A stretch of DNA of 64,000 nucleotides. Origin: an archaeon (lineage in GTDB: Archaea; Nanobdellota; Nanobdellia; Pacearchaeales; DTIR01). The DNA is taken from contig JAZDNM010000007.1 of NCBI GenBank assembly GCA_043799715.1, positions 21,265 to 85,264 of the forward strand. Reading direction: 5' to 3'. The notes below the pieces were generated by a model. That model ran no database searches. It saw nothing but the letters and a program-made list of their open reading frames with translations, and was not told where the DNA came from. This document shows, in pieces, positions 15,801 to 24,121 of this stretch (position 1 is its first letter; each line of letters starts with the position of its first letter). Both the position numbers and the translations under genes were made by a program.

Positions 15801-18800
15801 GGAATGCATTAAAAGCATTTGCGCCATAATAATTTGTAAAGTAATTCACTGAGTCCTGCGCTTTCTGCCATGAGTCCTGCACAAACAGATACTCCCCTCC
15901 GCCGCGCGCGGTGCTTTTTCCTGACATGGTTTCAAGCAGCGACGGAATTCCAACCTTGGCTAAAGGCGCTGCCTGCTTCCAGAAAAATTCGCATAGATAA
16001 ATGGATTTAATCTGGTCGCAGATCCCCACATTTCTGCCTGTTGCAAGATTTTCCTGAAGGCAGTCCCTGACTGCTTTCTGTATCATCACAAAATTATCCA
16101 ATCCTGCATGAACCCCTGTAAGGCAGATTGGAACAATTATCCCCTCTCTTGCATTCGGCAGGCACAGCGCAATGCTGCCTATGATTCCTGTCTGCACAAC
16201 ATCTGCAACAGGATACTTGCCCCCAAAATCGCATCTTGATGAAGGGCATAAAACAGGGTCGCATAAATTAAACATTGTATGGCAGTCTTTTGGTGACATG
16301 AAATCCTCGCATTCATACTGGGGAACTGTAACTGCAGGCTTTCCTCTTGAAAATGACTGCCCTCCAACAGATATGCCTCCTTTGTTCTTGTACTGCCTTG
16401 CAGCTTCAAGCAGATACTGCCTTGCGAGTTTTATCATGTCTGCTGAATTGGGTATTGATGAATAGGTATTTTCAGACATTCCTGTCTGCATGCTGAATTG
16501 AATGCACGGCTTGTCATCCCCATGCCCTGTTGATTCCCATTCTTCCAAGCCATCGCCATTAACATTGCAAATCCAGTAGCTTACAGGCATTCCTGATTCA
16601 GTGTAGGATTTTGTGCTTGAAGTGCCTAAGCTGGATGGCTCGGTTGCGGCATACCATCCGTCTTTTGCATATTTGCCAAGAGGGAGTATGGCAGGCAGCC
16701 CTGCATAAGAGCCTGTCTCCCAGAATTTTACAGCAGGATTTTTGTAAGGATTTGAATATGTTGATGCTGCTGTTATTTCAGCGTATGAAGTTCCAAGGCT
16801 GCTTAAGATTTTTCTCTTGTTCTCCCCTGCAAGTTCATCTCCTATTTTCAATGCACCACTACTGCTAGAGATTTCATAAATTTTAGAAAAGCTGTAGCCC
16901 TGCCCGATAGAATCAAGCACTGCTATATAACTGATGCCCTGCGCAGTGAAAACCGCTGCTTTCTGCCCCTGCGAGATGCTGACGCCCTGCATTTTGCTGT
17001 AATCAGCTTCCTTGACAATATTTTTGTCAGAGAAGGATATTGCCTTGCTCTGGTCCCCTACAAGGGTGCTTTCAACATCTATCCCTGCTGCCTGGAAGAT
17101 ATTTGTTGCTTCTGTGCTTGCCTTGGTGGTTGTTAAAATCTTGTTCCAGTAATTTGCATCATCATAAAGCTTCTGCTGCGAAGCCTGGCACATTGCATCA
17201 GACAGCTTTTTATCAGTACATGCCTGCTGCATTTCAAGATTGAACAATGAATCCCTTACATCAGTTGATGAAAGATAATTCTTGTCCTCAAGAACCTTAA
17301 TATTCCCCTCGCTGAAGACATCCCCTGCTTTCAGCTCAGTGCCATCCCTTGACTTGAATGTAACATCCTTGTACTCATCAAAATATGTCTGGGATTCCTG
17401 GACATATTTTTCCTGGTTTACATATTCCTCTCCGAATGCTCCAAGAACTCCCTCTTTCTTTTCAACAACACCTGCGGTTTTCTTTATTGTGTCTGCTTTG
17501 GAATTTACATTCTTGTAAATGCCCTGTATTGTGCTGACAGAGCTGTCAATTGCGTCTGCATTCTTGTAATAGCAGTCATGGAATGTGCTGTATTTGCCTT
17601 CTGCAACCCCTGACTGGCATATTGGCTCCCAGTATTTCATTGCCTCTGTTCTCGCAAGGCTGCTGCCGCTGCCTGCACCCAGATTATTGAAGAAATTTTT
17701 CACAACAAAATATGCGCTGCCAGCAAAGCATGTGCCTTTCCATACCTTAATGATACTCCCAAGATTATCAACAATCTTCTCCCATTTTGCAATTGAATCG
17801 TTAAGCTCGCTTATCAATTCCTGGGTTTTTTCAGTGCTGAGCTGTATCGACCTTTTCTCAATCCCAATCTTAAATGTGAAATTTGCCTGTGTCTGGGCTC
17901 TTGCAATCATTGGAGAGATAGTCACTGATGCATCTTTTTTCAGGTTTATCTTGCTGACTCTCAAGTCAACTAAGATTTCTTTTGAGGCATCCTTTACAGA
18001 AAGCTTCACTGAATCTTTTTCCTTTACTTTCACTGTAATCGGGTTGCCAGCCTTGTTTTGATAGGAAAATTCAACATAATCCTCTGCAATGCTCAAAACA
18101 GACAATGTCCCTGAGACTGCCTCGTTCTCGCTGTAAGCTTCTGTATTGCCATTAACCATCAAGTCAGCGGACTTCTCGTCCCTGCTCACTTCCTTTATGT
18201 CCTCAAGAACAGCATAATAGCTTCCGCTTGAGGCAGAGATGAATGCTGAAGACAAGCTTAAATCGTGGATTTTCATCAGCTCAAGCTGCTGGCTTGCCTG
18301 TTCTGCGATTCCTGAGCCAGAATAGTCCTTTGCAATCCTGTTAAGCAAATCCTCCTGTGTCTTGAACTTTTTCAAATTTCCAGCAAGCTCTGCTGCCTTG
18401 TACAGCGCATCAGCGCCGTAATATTCCGGCTTTGCACCTTCCTGCTGGGATTTTTTCTCAGAACCATACTGCTCTGAAACTTTTTTGTAATCAGCCAAAG
18501 ATTCAGAGAAATATTCCTCAAGAAGTTTGCCAAAATCATCAGAGTTGTAATTTTTTTCAACAGAGCCTGTCAGCTTGTCAAATGTGAAATAATAGTCCCA
18601 GACAAAAGTGCCCTGCCCTGTTTCCGACGCTGTAATAATCCTGAATTCCGCGTCCTTTCCGAGATAATCTTTGAGCCCTTTTTCAACGCTTGTGTCGCAG
18701 CCGCTCAGGCATTTGATATCCTCTCCAAATTTTGAAGAGCCTTTAATCAGTGTGCTGAATATGTTGAAAAGCGAGTACTTCTTGCCTTTCAGGAGGCTGT

Positions 18801-20052
18801 TTACTACTATATTGAAGTTGTCGAAATAATCGCTCTTTATTGTGTCTGCCTTGACAATCACAACAAAATCCTGATTGAGATTTTTTAGATAAGAGGAAAT
18901 TGCATTTGATGTGCTGCCGATATATGCAAGATATACATTCTGCCCTGAAACAATCTTGTCTCCTGTCTTGAATTCATTTGATGCAATCTCATTCTTTGCA
19001 GAGTCCCTGATTGTCAATCTTGCTTTTGGAGGGTCAATTGAGAGAGTTGTCGGCTGTGAGTCCTTGCAGTTTACTGTCACCTTTCCTCCGCCGACAATAT
19101 TCTGCTCTATATTTGAAATCCAGCATTCATCATCCAAAAATCTCTGCCCTTTTGAAAGCCATAATTCATCGTCGCCAATCCTCACCTTTGCCTTCATTTC
19201 CGGATAGTTGATGCTGTTCAGATTAACTTTCAGCGCAGCAGAGCAATAGTATCCGGGCAGATAGATTTCATTTGAACTCTGCCCTGCCCTTAATGTAACA
19301 GAAGTCAACTGAGTTACTGCATCAGTGTATATCGCAATCTTAACATATTCTCCTGCAGAATCTTTTCCTATCTCCAATGCCCTCAAATACGCCTTTCCGT
19401 TCCAGAATGAATACATTTTGTAATATTGTTTCCATTCCTCCTCGCTCAGCACAGGCAGCAGGAATCCTGCTTTCCCAACTCCAAACGCTTTTTCTGCATT
19501 ATACTGTATCAGGGCTGTTAAATTTGCCTCAACCCACTCAGTCATATTCTTTTCAATCGGCTGATTTTTTAATATCACAACAAGATACCCCAGATTATTC
19601 AATACAGGGCTGCCGAGCAGCTGGGTTCCCCATGTTGTCAGGGCTGCTCTTGCAGGATGAAATCCTATCCCTGCAATATCTTTTGACAACTGCTGCCCCT
19701 TGAATGAGATTGATGTTATTTCAGGGACTTCTATCAAAGGATTAATTTTTATTCCAGTAAGCTGGCAGAAAACCGGGACATCCTGCTCCTCAAGCAAATC
19801 GCTTCTGACAACTGCAGGCGAACAGCTTCCAGGCAAAATCTGCAGGATGAAATCCTGCCTTGCGAGGCACTGCTCCTGGCTGAATGCAGGCCAGTATGTA
19901 TCAATTGAATTTGAGTAATATGAAAGCGGAGAAGGGGAATAGCTGTATGTTGCTGCATATGCTGCTGCAGAGATTATTGCTGCAAAGAAAATGAAAGCAA
20001 AAGCTAACAGTATTCTGCATTTGCCTATTTTAATCAAATCTGTTTTTCTCAT
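12874..20052 (-). CDS. Giant secreted protein (2392 aa) with C-terminal lytic transglycosylase (SLT/GH23) and N-acetylmuramoyl-L-alanine amidase (Amidase_3) domains
   Basis: N-terminal signal ...LLAFAFIFFAAIISAAAYA. SLT motifs are FIEVESSW, GAYGLMQL and AIAAYKEGP (about nt 13501-13938). An Ala8 linker follows. Amidase_3 motifs are IVIDAGHGGTDPGA, VSIHMNS and GAETFYY (about nt 12877-13437). A 12-Cys module lies at about nt 14140-14358. Confidence 0.9.
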   Translation of the reverse strand: MRKTDLIKIGKCRILLAFAFIFFAAIISAAAYAATYSYSPSPLSYYSNSIDTYWPAFSQEQCLARQDFILQILPGSCSPAVVRSDLLEEQDVPVFCQLTGIKINPLIEVPEITSISFKGQQLSKDIAGIGFHPARAALTTWGTQLLGSPVLNNLGYLVVILKNQPIEKNMTEWVEANLTALIQYNAEKAFGVGKAGFLLPVLSEEEWKQYYKMYSFWNGKAYLRALEIGKDSAGEYVKIAIYTDAVTQLTSVTLRAGQSSNEIYLPGYYCSAALKVNLNSINYPEMKAKVRIGDDELWLSKGQRFLDDECWISNIEQNIVGGGKVTVNCKDSQPTTLSIDPPKARLTIRDSAKNEIASNEFKTGDKIVSGQNVYLAYIGSTSNAISSYLKNLNQDFVVIVKADTIKSDYFDNFNIVVNSLLKGKKYSLFNIFSTLIKGSSKFGEDIKCLSGCDTSVEKGLKDYLGKDAEFRIITASETGQGTFVWDYYFTFDKLTGSVEKNYNSDDFGKLLEEYFSESLADYKKVSEQYGSEKKSQQEGAKPEYYGADALYKAAELAGNLKKFKTQEDLLNRIAKDYSGSGIAEQASQQLELMKIHDLSLSSAFISASSGSYYAVLEDIKEVSRDEKSADLMVNGNTEAYSENEAVSGTLSVLSIAEDYVEFSYQNKAGNPITVKVKEKDSVKLSVKDASKEILVDLRVSKINLKKDASVTISPMIARAQTQANFTFKIGIEKRSIQLSTEKTQELISELNDSIAKWEKIVDNLGSIIKVWKGTCFAGSAYFVVKNFFNNLGAGSGSSLARTEAMKYWEPICQSGVAEGKYSTFHDCYYKNADAIDSSVSTIQGIYKNVNSKADTIKKTAGVVEKKEGVLGAFGEEYVNQEKYVQESQTYFDEYKDVTFKSRDGTELKAGDVFSEGNIKVLEDKNYLSSTDVRDSLFNLEMQQACTDKKLSDAMCQASQQKLYDDANYWNKILTTTKASTEATNIFQAAGIDVESTLVGDQSKAISFSDKNIVKEADYSKMQGVSISQGQKAAVFTAQGISYIAVLDSIGQGYSFSKIYEISSSSGALKIGDELAGENKRKILSSLGTSYAEITAASTYSNPYKNPAVKFWETGSYAGLPAILPLGKYAKDGWYAATEPSSLGTSSTKSYTESGMPVSYWICNVNGDGLEEWESTGHGDDKPCIQFSMQTGMSENTYSSIPNSADMIKLARQYLLEAARQYKNKGGISVGGQSFSRGKPAVTVPQYECEDFMSPKDCHTMFNLCDPVLCPSSRCDFGGKYPVADVVQTGIIGSIALCLPNAREGIIVPICLTGVHAGLDNFVMIQKAVRDCLQENLATGRNVGICDQIKSIYLCEFFWKQAAPLAKVGIPSLLETMSGKSTARGGGEYLFVQDSWQKAQDSVNYFTNYYGANAFNAFQARSTEAAGTEICKAWVSARYPTTSDMFDSLLEPESPVQFHATFSSNILSEATVPSTSHYKVYYRIYAGKDAGAYYNVYLKGSPQTEYYAQMQQMAVPNAVGYIAKGEQVDKSVDFTGPSGYTELCVKINAQEECGFGQVTTSYFMNELQDSYLAAQAAQQVKTEQECIAGTSGIVSVSSLNLQSSVESALSPSISSLGIIRVCTTDNPSLTTQPDRWKQVGYCTDKKIICWLDTLSLNQSFTDQGLLSETLAKAKELASTLQNTSMLDHSGSQALLAEVSQKQYELTKDNGILEKLIVGKSYTADKTAQEINSAIANVTGQYENIILKSLFNQDKAQARIGLAEIFDRITTLIFKAKIEKSLVSSEKKKSVEATEIKESSTEYTDLELNTEKILSFNSKEYPILLKELSVKDGAKISLGGREIILEMNIQQQFDLDESGDYLLMTLVVAKYRENVASIQLEKTSKKEVAEITKISPGTIKANCVSCSDGIFNTCSYSECHELGRCYIQKGLIKAACLNCEDGMECSNFNNQIECESNKCSVENCQWTGSKCIVSEEKKNLVEGSENTETPDNVVCIDIDADNSGITGAAVSNSEICIIIRKDYSASDMLNSKSESTFQSRQAIYILIDKYAKQYDVNFNLARAFIEVESSWDVKEQSSTGAYGLMQLKDTVVNDFKNGGACAKTMGILSINKYNTEQNIQGGIAYLACNMRRFSNIGLAIAAYKEGPTYVSTYCSKDISSCKNPFLKQNGDSAKAYVKKIGKAYYYIASSSQQANAAAAAAAAQSASKKIVIDAGHGGTDPGAVNSDGVNEKDMNLAIAEKLKSVLEEKGYSVKMTRETDAAVSLASRVKIANDFEADIFVSIHMNSASLDVDGKYCSANGAETFYYRTSTKGKEFARIVQENIVASLGVKDRGIKPDTEAAEGSLYVLKNTNMPAVLTEPAFICNKDDMEKISQESEKIQLASAISQSISAFA

Positions 20053-21938
20053 TTGAATGAAATATCAATTCCGCTTTCTTCAGCCAGAATGTATGCGCTC
20101 TGCAATTCATCAACACTCTTGGGAGTTTGTATGTATGAGGCCGTAATGCTCATTTTCCTTGAATTTGCGAGAATACTTGCTGTTAAATATTCTGCCCTGC
20201 TTCCTCCTCCTGATATAACCTGTGAAAGAGTCTGCGCAGGCAGCTCTATATCATAGCATTGTTCATTCTGGAATCCGAAAAAGCCTGCTATGCCCCTTGC
20301 AGGAGCTTTAACGCACTGCTGTGTCTTGTAGCTGGCAATTTCAATTTTGCCCTGCCTGAAAATCTGCACAGAAATATTGTAATAGCCCTCTTTGAGCTGG
20401 ACTGTTTTCTGCAGAGGATACATAATACTTTCAGTCTCGTCCCCTGAATCAAATGTTATGAATGCCTGCTCGTCTTTTGACAATGGAACCCCGCCTGCAT
20501 TCACATCAAGCGTTAAATTATACAATGGCTGCATCACAATTTCTGCGCTGCCCTCCTGATTTGTGCTGAACTGCAGTTTTGCATCAGCATATCCTGCTGC
20601 CGAGGCAATGATAAAACCGTTAACGCACTGGGGAAATTTCCCTTCAAGCTCTGCTGTTGCCCCGGAAATTTTTGTCCTGCCAATCTCACACTCCTCATTG
20701 AAGCACTTTAATTTTATGTCTGCCTCAACAGGCTCAAGCCCTATATCAAATGTTGAAACTTTTACAGGAGTTGTCTTGTATTTGCATAATTCGGATTCTT
20801 GCTGCTGCGTAATCTCGCTTAATACAGCGTTTCTTGGCATGTTCTTGCTTATCACAACAAGCACTGGAAACTGGAAAAACTCTGATTCATCAAAAATCTG
20901 GATTAAAACAGGGAATGCAATATCATAAACAAAATGGTACTGGACATAGCAGAATCCAAGAATCCCCAAACCCTGCTGCATTCCGATTGGCTTTGCAATA
21001 AGCATCTCCCCATTATCGCTTTCTTCAGAATCCCCTGAAACCTCAAACCTCATCGGGAAACTGCTTGAGTACATGAAGTTAATATTTTCAGAAACCCTCG
21101 CTGCATTGTCAACAACAAAATACTTGTTTCTTGAGTCAGCAAGGCTGTAATAACTGCCCTTGAGCTTCAATGATGCGATGTTTGCTGAAACAGCATTCTG
21201 CAAGTCCTGCATTATCCCTGATTTCAGCCATGTTTTCGGCGCGCAGTTCAGCTCAACATCGCTTACAGGGGCATAAAGGCTGAGCACATCAATTGTGTAG
21301 TTCTCAAGGAACAGTTCATCCTGCTGCTGGTTATAGATTTTGACAGCAAGATTGTAGAACTTTCCAAGATTGCTTTTTATCTCTGCTCTGTGCCTTGAAA
21401 GTTTTGCTTTAGTATTCCCCTTGCTGACTACAAGCCCTGCATCAACCTCCGCTGAGATCATGCTATCCTTGATGCTTACTGATGCCTTTGCATTTTCCCG
21501 CGCAACAGAATATCCCTGCAATTCAAAATCTGAAAAGCTGCATTTTGCAATCTCTTCCTGGATATACTGGGCAAGCTGTTTTTGCATTTCTGCAATAGAA
21601 GGCACCTGCTGCCTTGCGATGTTGTTTCCTGAAATGTAAAACCAGTAAGGCACTGCATTGCCAAAGAAATCAAGCTGGGAGGAGAAGGGCATATAGGAAG
21701 AGCCTTTTTCAAATGAGGGGGGATAAATATATCCTGCCTGCGCTCCAAGCATTGCACTTCCTTCCTGAAGCTTTTCCTTAATGCATCCTGTAAAATAATT
21801 TTCAATCGGCTGAAATTCAGCCGGAACTGCAGTTGGCATGCTTCTCAAATAATAGAAAAGCCCGACTGAGCCGACTATCAATACGGAGATTATAACAAAA
21901 ATCGTAACCTGTGCTTTTTTGTTCTTTAAAGTGTTCAT
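20049..21938 (-). CDS. Hypothetical 629-aa protein with prepilin-like (class III) signal, translationally coupled to the giant gene
   Basis: The start is chosen at MNTLKNKKAQVTIFVIISVLIVG (21938) because the longer ORF start at 21995 would include TATA-like sequence. Its stop overlaps the giant gene ATG as ATGA (20049-20052). Confidence 0.7.
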   Translation of the reverse strand: MNTLKNKKAQVTIFVIISVLIVGSVGLFYYLRSMPTAVPAEFQPIENYFTGCIKEKLQEGSAMLGAQAGYIYPPSFEKGSSYMPFSSQLDFFGNAVPYWFYISGNNIARQQVPSIAEMQKQLAQYIQEEIAKCSFSDFELQGYSVARENAKASVSIKDSMISAEVDAGLVVSKGNTKAKLSRHRAEIKSNLGKFYNLAVKIYNQQQDELFLENYTIDVLSLYAPVSDVELNCAPKTWLKSGIMQDLQNAVSANIASLKLKGSYYSLADSRNKYFVVDNAARVSENINFMYSSSFPMRFEVSGDSEESDNGEMLIAKPIGMQQGLGILGFCYVQYHFVYDIAFPVLIQIFDESEFFQFPVLVVISKNMPRNAVLSEITQQQESELCKYKTTPVKVSTFDIGLEPVEADIKLKCFNEECEIGRTKISGATAELEGKFPQCVNGFIIASAAGYADAKLQFSTNQEGSAEIVMQPLYNLTLDVNAGGVPLSKDEQAFITFDSGDETESIMYPLQKTVQLKEGYYNISVQIFRQGKIEIASYKTQQCVKAPARGIAGFFGFQNEQCYDIELPAQTLSQVISGGGSRAEYLTASILANSRKMSITASYIQTPKSVDELQSAYILAEESGIDISFK

Positions 21939-22022
21939 TTGACGAAGCAAGAGCAATAAAAAATAGAGCCGAAAGCCATATTTAAATTTTGTCAAAATTG
22001 CCTTAAAACATGGGAATTAGAA

Positions 22023-22158
22023 TGAGCCCGACAGGATTCGAACCTGTGATCTTCTCTATTCTGAGTTTCTTCTCGGTTTTTCTCTTTCCGAGGTTTCTCT
22101 TTTTCTAAAAGAGAAAACTCACGTCAAAGAGACGTCTTAACCACTGGACTACGGGCTC
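22023..22158 (-). tRNA. tRNA-Val (anticodon GAC) with 63-nt intron at 37/38 (22059-22121)
   Basis: Acceptor GAGCCCG/CGGGCTC, anticodon stem TCTCT/AGAGA, loop TTGACG-intron-T and T-arm ACAGG-TTCGAAT-CCTGT. Confidence 0.85.
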
Positions 22159-22262
22159 ACGTCAAAGCAAGAAATGCTCTGGTTTAAAATATTTGCTTTT
22201 TCAGCTTTGTGTAATTTATCAATAAAAATAAAATTTATAAATCTGACTGCTGTAGAATAATC

Positions 22263-22595
22263 ATGAAAAAAAGGTGCTGCAGGAGGTTATATCCCTTCAT
22301 TGTCATATTTTTGGCAATTGGCGTGTTGATATCCCTTGCTGTATTCACAGCAAGAACTGTCGAAACTTTGATGAGTGTTGAGGAGGCTATAGCTATAGCG
22401 CAAAACACCGAATGCACTGAAAAGGGCATGCTGACACAAGACAGCTTTTACAACCCAAATTCAAAGACGTGGTGGATTAGCCTGGAAATGAATCCTGAAT
22501 TCAGGAGCGAGATATGCAATCCTGCATGCGTTATTGATGCTGTGCAGAAAACCGCAGAGATAAACTGGAGATGCACTGGCTTTATTTCTGAGTAA
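22263..22595 (+). CDS. Hypothetical small membrane-anchored or secreted Cys-containing protein
   Basis: 110 aa with an N-terminal hydrophobic helix. A TTTATAAAT box starts exactly 29 nt before the ATG. Confidence 0.55.
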   Translation: MKKRCCRRLYPFIVIFLAIGVLISLAVFTARTVETLMSVEEAIAIAQNTECTEKGMLTQDSFYNPNSKTWWISLEMNPEFRSEICNPACVIDAVQKTAEINWRCTGFISE

Positions 22596-22597
22596 GT

Positions 22598-22972
22598 TTA
22601 TTTGCTTCTGCCTCTTATCTTAATCCCTTTCTTTCTCAGCTCATCTGTCTTTTTCTTTGAGCAGTCCATGCACAGGAATATTGGCTTTTCATTTCTCTTG
22701 TCATAATTTGGCGCGAGAACTAATCTCCACAAGTGCGCTTTTTTGCCGCAGTTGTCGCATCTACCTTCCTTGACGTGCCACATTTCTATTGCTTTTGAAG
22801 TAAAGATAAACTTGTCAACCCAGAAAAATATCATGCCCCCAATCAGGTTTGCAATGACAGTAGACCAGAACCCGACTCCAAGCTGTTTCACAGCAAGATA
22901 AAGAATCGGCGTGCTTAACTGCCATCTTACAAGATACAGAATAAATTTTCTTATTCCTGCAGCCATTTTCAC
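22598..22972 (-). CDS. Hypothetical membrane protein (GtrA-like helices) with C-terminal zinc ribbon
   Basis: 124 aa with two or three predicted TM helices, followed by CDNCGKK...CMDCSKK. Confidence 0.45.
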   Translation of the reverse strand: MKMAAGIRKFILYLVRWQLSTPILYLAVKQLGVGFWSTVIANLIGGMIFFWVDKFIFTSKAIEMWHVKEGRCDNCGKKAHLWRLVLAPNYDKRNEKPIFLCMDCSKKKTDELRKKGIKIRGRSK

Positions 22973-23106
22973 CTCTCTTTGCGAAAAAAGAAATGATGGT
23001 TTAAAAAACTAATGAACCATAAGAGTGTTAAGTTTTAGGGATTAAACTTTTCTAATACAGTTTAAAGTTTATTATGTTCTAAGAATAGGAGAATAAGGAT
23101 ATCTTA

Positions 23107-23592
23107 TTATAACTTTTCTACCTTATCACAACCATAATTCTCTCCTATCAGTTGATAAAATTGCTTATCCATATCTCCAGGCTCGAGGTTAGCTTTAGTT
23201 ACCTTAACCTTGTCTCCTACATTCAAAAGATTGTCGTAGGCTGCCCCGTAATAATCTATAGAAAATACTTTTTCTTTACCATCATCACTTTTTACTGTGA
23301 AAACATACCTATCATGATCACTATGCCCCCCATTTCCCCCCCCAAAAATGTAAGCATTACCAAAACCAGTTGGTATAGGGATAGCTAATCCACTAACATC
23401 CCCCTGTGCTTTTCCTTCTATATCTTCTGTTTTGTAATATGCTTCTTTCACAATTCTCCCTTCCAAAGTTAAATCTTTTAATGATTGCCCATGGGAATAA
23501 CAAAGTCCTCCCATAGCTATTAAACCCGTTGCCAAACCTATCTGTATGATGTTCTCTCCTACATATGTAGCTATTTTTTTAAGTTTATTCAT
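23107..23592 (-). CDS. Hypothetical membrane-anchored protein
   Basis: 161-aa ORF with an N-terminal hydrophobic segment and a Gly-rich patch (GGGNGGHSDHD). Confidence 0.45.
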   Translation of the reverse strand: MNKLKKIATYVGENIIQIGLATGLIAMGGLCYSHGQSLKDLTLEGRIVKEAYYKTEDIEGKAQGDVSGLAIPIPTGFGNAYIFGGGNGGHSDHDRYVFTVKSDDGKEKVFSIDYYGAAYDNLLNVGDKVKVTKANLEPGDMDKQFYQLIGENYGCDKVEKL

Positions 23593-23679
23593 TTTTACAA
23601 ATCTCTTAAAAAATAGCAGTTAGAATGACTATTTAAATATTTCTATTTGTAACTACTTTAAAATAACAAATGATAGGTA

Positions 23680-23797
23680 AGCCTCCAGCAGGATTTGAAC
23701 CTGCGACCCTCTGTTTTTTTAGTTTTCTTTTCCGAGGTTTTCTTCCCAAGAAAAGCTCTTACAAAACAGATGCTCTAGCCAACTGAGCTATGGAGGC
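23680..23797 (-). tRNA. tRNA-Thr (anticodon UGU) with 44-nt intron at 37/38 (23716-23759)
   Basis: Acceptor GCCTCCA/TGGAGGC, D-arm GCTC-AGTTGGCTA-GAGC, anticodon stem TCTGT/ACAGA and T-arm GCAGG-TTCAAAT-CCTGC. Confidence 0.85.
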
Positions 23798-23911
23798 ATC
23801 AGAAACCAGGGTTTCCGATACCTTCCTTAAGAAAAAACTGATGTTTTTAAGTATTTTGGAGGCTTTGTCTTGTTCGGAAATGTTTTTATATATTAATAGT
23901 GTCATGCCTTG

Positions 23912-24121
23912 ATGCCCTTTGAAAAGTATAAACCTCTATTGTTCATAGAAAACCCCAAGTTGAAAAGGGTAGAAGGATTTCTTGATACCCCTGAAAAAGT
24001 CCAGCAGTTGAGAAGCGACTTGGAGAAATCAAGTGAAGAAGCTTTTAAAAGAATTGACAGGGAAAAAAGAGACTGTTTGGCTCATGCAAGAGATTATATT
24101 CTGGATGGATACCCCAACTAA
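23912..24121 (+). CDS. Hypothetical small protein
   Basis: 69 aa from the ATG at 23912. A TTTTTATAT box starts 29 nt upstream. Confidence 0.45.
   Translation: MPFEKYKPLLFIENPKLKRVEGFLDTPEKVQQLRSDLEKSSEEAFKRIDREKRDCLAHARDYILDGYPN

Noticed and set aside
12902-19958. About 25 ORFs of 60-160 aa on both strands inside the giant gene (for example 13242-13619 +, 17585-18061 +, 13367-13759 -)
   Set aside because: All are nested within or antisense to one continuous 7.2-kb frame that carries clear domain motifs. Their translations are low-complexity and Ser/Leu/Cys-rich, typical of shadow ORFs.
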